From a virus: a DNA stretch of 64,000 nucleotides. Each line of letters opens with the position of its first letter. Positions within the stretch are counted from its first letter, which is position 1. The notes beneath the pieces are model-generated. The model was not told the origin of the DNA and did no database searches. It saw only the letters and a list, made by a program, of their open reading frames with translations. The position numbers and the translations under genes are program-made. This document shows, piece by piece, positions 18,859 through 26,816 of the stretch. The stretch lies in the IMG/VR virus record IMGVR_UViG_3300044612_001255, positions 32,001-96,000 of that record, one strand, 5' to 3'.

Positions 18859-19113
18859 CTAAAGTTCTCGATCTCCTCCTCTGTTAGTTTTATTGTTTTG
18901 GTCTTTACGGGGCTCATACATGTATATTGTTAATAGAATCACTGATGACGCTATTACATGAGCCAGAAAGCCAAGAGATGGATGGAGAGTTATTGTTCTC
19001 CATGTGATTATCATTGCTAGTGTGATCATGTAATACACAAATATGTAAAACGCTAAGATCAATGCAATAAAACTTATCATATTTTTCATATGTTCTTTCA
19101 GTTGAGGCTTCAT
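18859..19113 (-). CDS. membrane protein (2 TM)
   Basis: two hydrophobic stretches. Confidence 0.6.
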   Translation of the reverse strand: MKPQLKEHMKNMISFIALILAFYIFVYYMITLAMIITWRTITLHPSLGFLAHVIASSVILLTIYMYEPRKDQNNKTNRGGDREL

Positions 19114-19373
19114 AACCTAAATTTATTCATGAGCATTTCAATTAAATCTGATCTAGTAGTCTTAGTATTTCTAATCTCCACTTCATCACTAACCACCTTG
19201 TAAATTACTTCACTTCGATGTCTGATATTACTATACCATCTGTTTGTTACAACTAATGGTGTTATCCCAGTAATATCACTTACACGTTTGAATGCGTATG
19301 TAAGATTAGTAGGATAGAGCTTCACCATTGTAATGATGATTCTGTCGAGTTGTTCCTTGTTTTTAACTTTCAT
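19110..19373 (-). CDS. hypothetical protein, possible HTH
   Basis: AFKRVSDITGITPLVVTNRWY, HTH-like. Confidence 0.5.
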   Translation of the reverse strand: MKVKNKEQLDRIIITMVKLYPTNLTYAFKRVSDITGITPLVVTNRWYSNIRHRSEVIYKVVSDEVEIRNTKTTRSDLIEMLMNKFRL

Positions 19374-20098
19374 GATTGTAACCAGTTAATAAATGTGCTT
19401 TCAAATGAATCCAAACTTAGTTTACTAATCTTATGGCAGTATTTTGCATAAGCTTCTGTAAATTTCTCTCTGTCGAAGATCTCTAAGGCCATCACTACAT
19501 TCAATGATAGCACCATTCTGTTAGATAGTGGTTTATACTTAGATAGTTCACCAGCATAACTAAATACTTCGTTAGCCTCTTTCAATCTTGTTATCTTGAA
19601 ATTACCTTTCTTGATATTTTCAGACTGTGCATTTTTACTAACAGAAGAAAGTATCATTGCAACAGCAGTGATAGAATAAGGAGTTTTAGATTTGATCTGT
19701 ATTAAATCTAAATATTCCTTCTTACCAACATGAGCATATGATCTAATATAGTCCATGTTAATCCAAGCTTTCTGACTGTTGTTAAGACTTGACACATATT
19801 CAACAAGTCCTTCAACATTTGAAAACCTGTTATCTAGAATAACACCATGAAATGGAATATTCAAATAAAGAGCTGTAATTGCTCTATTGTGTCCATCTAC
19901 AATGTAAATTCTTTCAAATCCATCAAGTAGATTAGTCTTAATCATTAAAATGGGGACTGTAAATCCCCATTTGTTCATACTTTCAACTAAGTCTTTTCTA
20001 ACCTTTGCATCTCTATTAAAAGGCATGCTATTTACTTTCTTATCAAATTCTTGTCTTGATGAGAAACTGACTAAAACTGCATTTTTCATGGCTATCAA
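19370..20098 (-). CDS. ParB/Srx-like N-terminal domain protein
   Basis: NR..V..L.ESM..WGF..PI...IVDGHNRA motif. Confidence 0.65.
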   Translation of the reverse strand: MIAMKNAVLVSFSSRQEFDKKVNSMPFNRDAKVRKDLVESMNKWGFTVPILMIKTNLLDGFERIYIVDGHNRAITALYLNIPFHGVILDNRFSNVEGLVEYVSSLNNSQKAWINMDYIRSYAHVGKKEYLDLIQIKSKTPYSITAVAMILSSVSKNAQSENIKKGNFKITRLKEANEVFSYAGELSKYKPLSNRMVLSLNVVMALEIFDREKFTEAYAKYCHKISKLSLDSFESTFINWLQS

Positions 20099-20370
20099 GA
20101 GTTAAAGAGTAAATCAAAATGATTAACCACTTCATTCATTGTATCCCATTTGTAAACGAAATGAGATCCAACTTCCTGATGTACACTAATAGATAAAGGA
20201 ATGAATGTACGTGTTAGAAAAACTTCTCCTCTCATAGCTTCAAACTCATCTTCTCCTGGATAGGAAAAGTAAAACGTGTTCTCGTGATCTGTAATCACAA
20301 TGAACTTCTTTGCTGCATCAGGTGTATTGATGTCCATCAACACGTCTGCGATTGTTGTGTGTGCTTTCAT
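20095..20370 (-). CDS. hypothetical protein
   Basis: 91-aa ORF. Confidence 0.6.
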   Translation of the reverse strand: MKAHTTIADVLMDINTPDAAKKFIVITDHENTFYFSYPGEDEFEAMRGEVFLTRTFIPLSISVHQEVGSHFVYKWDTMNEVVNHFDLLFNS

Positions 20371-20615
20371 GTGCGTTTTTGCTTTAATTGTTTGTTTATT
20401 TGCTTTGATTTTTACTTAATGCTATATAATTGAGCAGTTTATTCTGATGCTCAGCAGACGCACAAATCACGTTAGAATATGATTTGTGGATATTGCTTAA
20501 TAAACTCAATCCACCACACAATAAGTGCGCAGATTAAAATCCCTAACATGCTATAGAATACTATTGCATAGCTAAACTCTTTTTTAGTTAATCTTTTCAT
20601 GTGCGTTTGATTAAA

Positions 20616-20799
20616 TTAATCCTCTAATTCTCCAAATAACTCTCTCCATTCTACTGGATGAATACCAGATATGATAAACTCACGTTCATCAACAGACAAA
20701 TGAGGAAATGCATCTTGAGCAAGTCCTGATATGCCATCAACAAAATCATTCAACCTGATAAGTCTTACCAGATATAATACTCTGTTTTTCAATTATCAT
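20616..20799 (-). pseudogene. frameshifted small phage protein
   Basis: MIIEKQSIISGKTYQ in one frame continues as LNDFVDGISGLAQDAFPHLSVDEREFIISGIHPVEWRELFGELED* in another. Confidence 0.55.
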
Positions 20800-21004
20800 A
20801 ATCTTCAACGTCTGATTCAACATCTTCCCATTCTGTGTAATAAATTACATCATCAACATAAGCATCGTCAATATCTCTATATCCTCTGCTTATGCACCAT
20901 TGCAATGCATCTTTTTCATATTTGAAATAGACACATCCATCATCTCCCACCCATCCTTGATTCATTCCTTCACCTGTAATAGAACACTCTCTGGCATATT
21001 TCAT
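20789..21004 (-). CDS. hypothetical protein
   Basis: MKYARECSITGEGMNQGWV...YYTEWED; likely start 21004. Confidence 0.65.
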   Translation of the reverse strand: MKYARECSITGEGMNQGWVGDDGCVYFKYEKDALQWCISRGYRDIDDAYVDDVIYYTEWEDVESDVEDYDN

Positions 21005-21306
21005 AAGAATACCAGAGAAAGTGTTCCAAGAATACAAATGATCATCAATGTAACAGCATGATTAAATGTCGTCTGATGAATCTTCTTTACAGCTTCTGTA
21101 TAAGCCTCATCTCTTCTAATAATCGCATCAATGGCTGACCAATACAATGTAGAAATGAAGAATACAATAACAGTGATGAGAAACTGCTCATCTGTTACAC
21201 CCATATCAATTGCTGATCCTGTAAATACAAGAATACAAATAGATAAGACTCCTGCGAGCACAGCTGTTCCCATAGCTATAGCTCTAACTAATTTTAATGT
21301 TTTCAT
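21001..21306 (-). CDS. membrane protein (3 TM)
   Basis: three hydrophobic segments; likely start MKTLKL at 21306. Confidence 0.6.
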   Translation of the reverse strand: MKTLKLVRAIAMGTAVLAGVLSICILVFTGSAIDMGVTDEQFLITVIVFFISTLYWSAIDAIIRRDEAYTEAVKKIHQTTFNHAVTLMIICILGTLSLVFL

Positions 21307-21421
21307 AAATAATGGATTAAAATTGGTAAACAATAAATACTATCTAATACGAGACATGTAGCAAATGCTTTCAATGTCTCAGTGCGTGTTCCCTTGAAAT
21401 TGGGCATGATACATAGTGTGA

Positions 21422-21601
21422 TCATAAGTCATGCATGTAAGATTGATCCAATTGCTCGTTTTCAAGATGCATTCTTTCTTCATACTCATGGATCTCATCC
21501 CATTGTTGCTGCATATCATCAGCAAAATACTTATCAAGAGCATCCTTCTTTATAGAAGCAATAGTCTTAGGAAACAAGAAGGTTAAGATTGATTTTAACA
21601 T
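21422..21601 (-). CDS. hypothetical protein
   Basis: likely start MLKSIL at 21601. Confidence 0.5.
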   Translation of the reverse strand: MLKSILTFLFPKTIASIKKDALDKYFADDMQQQWDEIHEYEERMHLENEQLDQSYMHDL

Positions 21602-21897
21602 GTTGTTGTGTGGGTTTAAATGAATAAATAAATAAATAAATAAATGCAGGCTTTGCACCTGCTCGGGAGCATCTGACCCTCCAAATTATAATATACATGT
21701 TGTTTCTTTCATCAAGGTTAACCCAATCTATTGTTGGAGTCAGAATCATACATCCTACTTGATTACTTACAACATGTGATACATTACAACAATCCCTCTG
21801 CACTTAGTTGTAGCTTTATAGTCCTCTCTCTATCTAGTAAAGCTAGAAGATTAATGGAGTATACTCTTAATAGGCTACAACTGAATGGTGCATTGAA

Positions 21898-21923
21898 ACA
21901 AAAGAGCCCCATTACAGGCTCTT
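21898..21923 (-). terminator. terminator-like hairpin
   Basis: AAGAGCC/GGCTCTT stem with T-run on the minus strand. Confidence 0.5.
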
Positions 21924-21933
21924 ATTGTCCATT

Positions 21934-22104
21934 CTAAGAAGATTCTTGCATAGCAATAGAATGTTCCATTTGAATCTTACCAGCTAATGCTTCAAGCTTC
22001 TTTGCCATCTGTCTAATAAACTCTTTATGCTCTATGTTAGAATAGACAGCTTCTTTACACTCACAAGAGAGTGCATATACCAATTCATCCAATGACTTTT
22101 CCAT
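21934..22104 (-). CDS. hypothetical protein
   Basis: likely start MEKSL at 22104. Confidence 0.55.
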   Translation of the reverse strand: MEKSLDELVYALSCECKEAVYSNIEHKEFIRQMAKKLEALAGKIQMEHSIAMQESS

Positions 22105-22409
22105 TTTAATTTTCAGTTTAATGCTATATAAAATGATGAATACTAAAATCAAGGTTTATGAAAACACCTCATTATTACGTGTGTGGTGTCACTCCTACTC
22201 CATTACACACAACTATTTCTTAGCAAAGTACAACATGAAGTTTACAATTCCCCGTGTAAAACTTTATTAAATTGTACATTACCATAAAACCATTGCATTT
22301 TACCTAGAGAATAGCAACTACACATCCTCACACCATATATAATACAACGCAACATGTATCATATACGTCTGATTTGCTCAGATGCATTGGATGTGTAATA
22401 GTGCCTATA

Positions 22410-22439
22410 CACGAGGAAAGGGCCTAAGCCCCTTCCGTG
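22410..22439 (-). terminator. hairpin immediately after first left-arm gene
   Basis: GGAAAGGGC-ctaa-GCCCCTTCC. Confidence 0.5.
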
Positions 22440-22847
22440 TTAACCTATTGCCTCTTCTAGCTCAACGATGTTAGCAGTGTCTGTGAAGTTCCCTTCAGAG
22501 TAACGCTTTGCTAAGCCTTCCACCTTCTTGTTGGAGAGATAACTTCCAACAGTGCTGTAGCCATCGAAGTCCCATAAATCTCTGGTGATTCTTGCGCCAT
22601 CCTCGTCCACTCCTAAATCAACGCCTTTGCGTTCAATCAAATAGATTGCGCGAACCTTCTCACCTTTAGCAACAATATCTTTGGTAAAAGCATCTTTGCT
22701 AGGTACTCTAAAGGTGATGCCTTTAACCTTGTAGACCTCATAGGATTCGTTAGCAAAGCCTTCCTTTTCGCTCTTATACTTCCTGGTAAGGATGTGCTGA
22801 ACTCTATCGATGTCCTGTCCTTCAATGGTTTTTTCTACGATGTTCAT
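22440..22847 (-). CDS. hypothetical protein, first gene of the left arm
   Basis: likely start MNIVEK at 22847 after an A-rich leader; visibly more GC-rich than neighbours. Confidence 0.65.
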   Translation of the reverse strand: MNIVEKTIEGQDIDRVQHILTRKYKSEKEGFANESYEVYKVKGITFRVPSKDAFTKDIVAKGEKVRAIYLIERKGVDLGVDEDGARITRDLWDFDGYSTVGSYLSNKKVEGLAKRYSEGNFTDTANIVELEEAIG

Positions 22848-22859
22848 AATGTGTTTTTG

Positions 22860-23030
22860 TTTTTGGTTTACAGCAACAGGGGTACTACCCCAACTTGCCA
22901 AATTCCCTAAGGGGTTTCAATTAGATGTAAGCTCCTCCCCCATTGACACAACACTTTTCCAAATTTTGAAAATTTTGGTGGGGGTCTTTTTCCCAATCGC
23001 CTCATAGTGCGGGGTGTTCATTAAAAAACA
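22860..23030. other. strand-divergence region with clustered palindromes (candidate origin/packaging/terminus site)
   Basis: GGGGTA-C-TACCCC (22879-22891), CCC-TAA-GGG, CCAAATTTT-GA-AAATTTTGG (22959-22978), G/C runs. Confidence 0.45.
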
Positions 23031-23042
23031 GAAATAATAAAA

Positions 23043-23075
23043 TTTGTTATTTTCACGGAGGATGTTTTATATTTG
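23043..23075 (+). promoter_or_regulatory. Bacteroidota-type housekeeping promoter (-33/-7) for the structural arm
   Basis: TTTG (23043-46) - 21 nt - TATATTTG (23068-75), 18 nt before ATG 23094. Confidence 0.75.
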
Positions 23076-23093
23076 TTATAAACCAATGGACTA

Positions 23094-23441
23094 ATGATTG
23101 TACAACGATTAAAGAAGGGATTACAGAATGACACGGAAGTGTCTTACAGGTATTATTCTGTTCTTTCTGCATTGAATGATTTGGAGCTTACAGACAGAGA
23201 GATTCAGCTTATGTCTTTCATTGCTGTTTCTGGAAGTATTTCTGTTCCTAGTAATAGGGAGAAATTCTGCTCAACATATGAGACAACAGGAGCAACGGTG
23301 AATAACATGGTGAGCAAGCTTAAGAAGAGAAATCTTCTTTTTAAGAAGGATGGAAAGATTGTTGTCAATCCGTTAATATCGTTAGATTTCTCCAGTGACA
23401 TTACATTAGAGATAAAGATTTTGCATGAAGAAAAAGCCTAG
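23094..23441 (+). CDS. winged-HTH DNA-binding protein
   Basis: LTDREIQLMSFI...TTGATVNNMVSKLKKRNLL..DGKIVVNP. Confidence 0.6.
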   Translation: MIVQRLKKGLQNDTEVSYRYYSVLSALNDLELTDREIQLMSFIAVSGSISVPSNREKFCSTYETTGATVNNMVSKLKKRNLLFKKDGKIVVNPLISLDFSSDITLEIKILHEEKA

Positions 23442-23838
23442 TTCAATGTCCCATAGGGATTGGTTTGTTAAACAGCTTGCCAATTCTTTAAACATGGATG
23501 TGAAGATTGTCGATCAAGTGATAAAGCATCAGTTTGACACAACGCTAGCAGCTCTACAGAAGAATAAGACAGTGGAGATTTCTGGATGGGGAACATTTAA
23601 ATGGAACGATAGAGCTGCACAGAAGAGGCTTGATGTTTTAGATGAGAAGATTAGAAGTTTGAGAGACATGATTTCCAGCTCTGATAGTGATGTTAAAACG
23701 GAGAAGTGGAATGATGATATTGATTACATGTTGTTGAGGCGTAAAGTATTAATGAATAAGATAAATGAGCTTAACACAGATTTACGAAGGTTGGAAAAAC
23801 AAGCTGCTCCCAGAAGAAAGCCTAAAGGAACAGATTGA
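23425..23838 (+). CDS. HU/IHF-like DNA-binding protein
   Basis: KQLANSLNMDVKIVDQVI...NKTVEISGWGTF. Confidence 0.65.
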   Translation: MKKKPSSMSHRDWFVKQLANSLNMDVKIVDQVIKHQFDTTLAALQKNKTVEISGWGTFKWNDRAAQKRLDVLDEKIRSLRDMISSSDSDVKTEKWNDDIDYMLLRRKVLMNKINELNTDLRRLEKQAAPRRKPKGTD

Positions 23839-24046
23839 TCAAGTGTCAGCGGAGAGAATGAGCATATGCAATGATTGTAAGTTTCATTCTAAACATCACA
23901 AGACAATACGTTTAGATGCACATTGTGTACATTGTGGATGTACGTTGTCAGCTAAAACAAAATGCTTGTCTTGTGCATGTCCTACAGAGAAATGGAAACC
24001 AGTGATGACAAGAGAACAAGAGGAGGAAATCGATGAGGCAGAATAA
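23765..24046 (+). CDS. Cys-rich zinc-binding protein
   Basis: RMSICNDC...CVHCGCTLSAKTKCLSCACPTEKW. Confidence 0.7.
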   Translation: MSLTQIYEGWKNKLLPEESLKEQIDQVSAERMSICNDCKFHSKHHKTIRLDAHCVHCGCTLSAKTKCLSCACPTEKWKPVMTREQEEEIDEAE

Positions 24047-24272
24047 AGAAATACGTTTTAGAAAAATCAGCTTGCAGCTACTCCTTGATACATTGACACA
24101 TATATGGGACTCTGGAGCTGATTACGTTGACATCATTGGTATTCAAGGCGAAGATCAAGATGTCATTAATATTGTTGTACAAGAAGAATACATGTCAGAG
24201 GAAGAAGACATTGAAGAAGATGACGAGGATCCACCAACACTTTCTGATGAAGATATAAACAACTTGATATGA
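24033..24272 (+). CDS. acidic hypothetical protein
   Basis: 79-aa ORF, overlapping neighbours. Confidence 0.65.
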   Translation: MRQNKEIRFRKISLQLLLDTLTHIWDSGADYVDIIGIQGEDQDVINIVVQEEYMSEEEDIEEDDEDPPTLSDEDINNLI

Positions 24273-24463
24273 ATAGAGCTATGATTGGACAAGAATCGAT
24301 GTCCGTAATTGAAAGATTGGCAGCGTTGTGCGCCACGCCTGGTATTGATGACAAAACCAAGGAGATTGCTAATAAACAGATTCAGGAATTGCTTGGCGGT
24401 CCTGTTCAAACTTCTGTTACAGAGTTGAAGACAGCTGCTGCTGGTATTGTAACCCTATCATAA
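24269..24463 (+). CDS. hypothetical protein
   Basis: 64-aa ORF coupled to neighbours. Confidence 0.55.
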   Translation: MNRAMIGQESMSVIERLAALCATPGIDDKTKEIANKQIQELLGGPVQTSVTELKTAAAGIVTLS

Positions 24464-24795
24464 TGGCTGCTCCAAAGAAAACTACGTACATTAATACAGA
24501 GCTTGATTGGGCAGAGGAGCAGCTTTCTAGCTGGAAGCAATATGTTGATGCCAATCCCATGCATGAGCTTAAGGATAGGATTGAATGGAAACCTACAGCT
24601 AAGGGTGGAATGTTGCCTATGGTGATTGCCAGTATTGAGAGTCAGGGTAAGTTTATTCAGGAGACAATGAAGAACTATCTAGCTCTTCTTGAGGTGGTGG
24701 ATAAGCTGAGAGAAAAGGAAGAATCTAAAGTGGAAATACGTGGTAATGGTGAGCTTGGCTCAATGGCTGAAGATTTCCTTAAAGGTAGACGATGA
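24463..24795 (+). CDS. putative terminase small subunit
   Basis: 110 aa, helical, directly upstream of and overlapping TerL; position-based call. Confidence 0.45.
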   Translation: MAAPKKTTYINTELDWAEEQLSSWKQYVDANPMHELKDRIEWKPTAKGGMLPMVIASIESQGKFIQETMKNYLALLEVVDKLREKEESKVEIRGNGELGSMAEDFLKGRR

Positions 24796-26816
24796 ATTTA
24801 GAAAATGTTAAATACAGTGAGTGGTTGATTAACCAGCCACGCCTTCCTGATAAAACATCACAGGAATACAAGCCCTTCTTTGATTTTCATAAGAAGCTGT
24901 GCCTAGATGGATTTATAATGGATGGTGTGTTCATCAACCCTTTTCTGTATTGGCATTTGAATCTGTGGCATACAGAAGTGGATGTTATGGATGATAGAGG
25001 ACGCATCTATCAGAAATATGCCAATCCCTCACTCAGAGACAATGAATGGTTAGTGACAAATGAAATAGACAGAGCCCATGCTGAGAAGCGTGGGTTGGTC
25101 ATTTTGGGTATTAGACGTTTTGCTAAGTCTGTCTTAGAAGCTAGCTACATTGCATGGGGTGCTACGTTTGATGAGAACTCACAGAACGTAATTGCTGGCT
25201 TGAATGCTCCAGATATAAAGCTTATTACAGACAAGCTTGACAAGGGCCTCAACTTTCTTCCTGAATACTTCAGATGGCAACGTGTAGAAGATAATTGGAA
25301 GAATCAAGTGACGTTAGGAATAAAGACAAAGAGTGGAGAGAGAATACCATTCTCTCAAATTCTTATTCGTAACTTAGATGAGGGTAATAATGAAGAAGCT
25401 ATTGCTGGTACAAAGCCACGAAAGCTTATCATTGATGAGATTGGTAAGGGGTCTTTTTTAAGAGGCTTACAGGCTGCTGTTCCTGGCTTTACAACACCAT
25501 TTGGATGGGGATGTTCTCCTATTCTTACAGGTACAGGGGGTGACATGAAGCGTTTTATGGATGCTAAATCGTTGATGTTTGATGTTGAGAATTACAACTT
25601 TCTAACATACAACAATGAAGATGATACAAAACGTGTACATGGGCTATTCATTTCTAATAAATATAGAATGGAAGCCAAAGAAAATTCTACGTTAGGAGAT
25701 TATGTAAAAGCTTCAAAGAATAGTGATCTTCGTAATGTAAAAATGTTAGTGTCTAATGAAGAGAAAGCTGATAGAATCACCACTGATAATTTAGAAAGAT
25801 TAAAGAAAGCTGGAGATAGAGTGGCATTTCTAAAAGAGAAGATGTACTATCCACAAAAGGTGGATGACATATTCCTCAACGAAGACACTAACATCTTCGA
25901 TATAGAAGCTGCTAAGAGACAGAAAACCAGACTATTACAGAACGAAAGAACAGGAACACCTGTTATTTTATTTAATGACGAAGGAAAGATAGGACATGAG
26001 TTTACAGACAACATGCCTATTACAAACTTTCCTCTCAAGAGTACAGACAGAAAAGATGCTCCTATAGTGATATATGAATTTCCTATAGAGAATCCTCCCT
26101 ATGGATTATACGTTGCAGGAGTTGACCCCTACAGACAAGGACAGGCAAAGTATTCAACTTCATTAGGTTCTGTGTATATTTACAAGAGAATGCACGATCT
26201 CACTGGTGAAAAATATCAGGATATGTTCGTAGCTTCGTACTGTGCAAGACCTGATAAGAAGGAAACGTGGGAAGAACAGGCTAGATTACTGATTAAATAT
26301 TACAACGCTAGAGCTCTTTGTGAAAATGACGATATTTCGTTCATTGAATACATGAAAAGCAAAGGCGATGCACACTATCTAGAGAAGCAACCACAATGGT
26401 TGTTAGAAGTGATTCCTAACACTACTGTGAAACGAGAGTATGGAATTCACAGATCAGCTCAAAAAATAATTGACTATCTACATACATGTTTGAAGAGATA
26501 CATGGAAGATGTTATTTATTCTGAGAAAGATGATAGTGGCGTTATAACTAGAGAAGTTACAGGGGTGAGTAAGATATTTGACCCAATGCTTCTTGAAGAA
26601 ATTATCCAATACAACGATGAGGGAAACTTCGATAGGATTATAGCAGCAGAACTTGCTATAGCTCAGGCACTTAAGATGGACCCTATATTAGGAAAGATTG
26701 GAGGAACTACTGATGAACGAGTTAAATCGTTATATTCAAAAAAAGGAAAGAATAATAAGCTGTTTAGCAGCTCTAAAAATATGTTCAATACGAGGAAAAA
26801 TAAATTATTTTCATAA
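24792..26816 (+). CDS. terL: terminase large subunit
   Basis: Walker A-like GIRRFAKS, Walker B LIIDEIG, TGTGG, RNase H YVAGVDPY, NFDRIIA. Confidence 0.92.
   Translation: MNLENVKYSEWLINQPRLPDKTSQEYKPFFDFHKKLCLDGFIMDGVFINPFLYWHLNLWHTEVDVMDDRGRIYQKYANPSLRDNEWLVTNEIDRAHAEKRGLVILGIRRFAKSVLEASYIAWGATFDENSQNVIAGLNAPDIKLITDKLDKGLNFLPEYFRWQRVEDNWKNQVTLGIKTKSGERIPFSQILIRNLDEGNNEEAIAGTKPRKLIIDEIGKGSFLRGLQAAVPGFTTPFGWGCSPILTGTGGDMKRFMDAKSLMFDVENYNFLTYNNEDDTKRVHGLFISNKYRMEAKENSTLGDYVKASKNSDLRNVKMLVSNEEKADRITTDNLERLKKAGDRVAFLKEKMYYPQKVDDIFLNEDTNIFDIEAAKRQKTRLLQNERTGTPVILFNDEGKIGHEFTDNMPITNFPLKSTDRKDAPIVIYEFPIENPPYGLYVAGVDPYRQGQAKYSTSLGSVYIYKRMHDLTGEKYQDMFVASYCARPDKKETWEEQARLLIKYYNARALCENDDISFIEYMKSKGDAHYLEKQPQWLLEVIPNTTVKREYGIHRSAQKIIDYLHTCLKRYMEDVIYSEKDDSGVITREVTGVSKIFDPMLLEEIIQYNDEGNFDRIIAAELAIAQALKMDPILGKIGGTTDERVKSLYSKKGKNNKLFSSSKNMFNTRKNKLFS

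Noticed and set aside
243-23007. Plus-strand ORFs over the left arm (e.g. 1760-2185, 12484-12825, 13357-13743)
   Set aside because: They are antisense shadows of well-supported minus-strand genes and have no motifs.
13760-26816. Introns or inteins in PolB or terminase
   Set aside because: Both ORFs are of ordinary length, with contiguous motifs and no intein termini.
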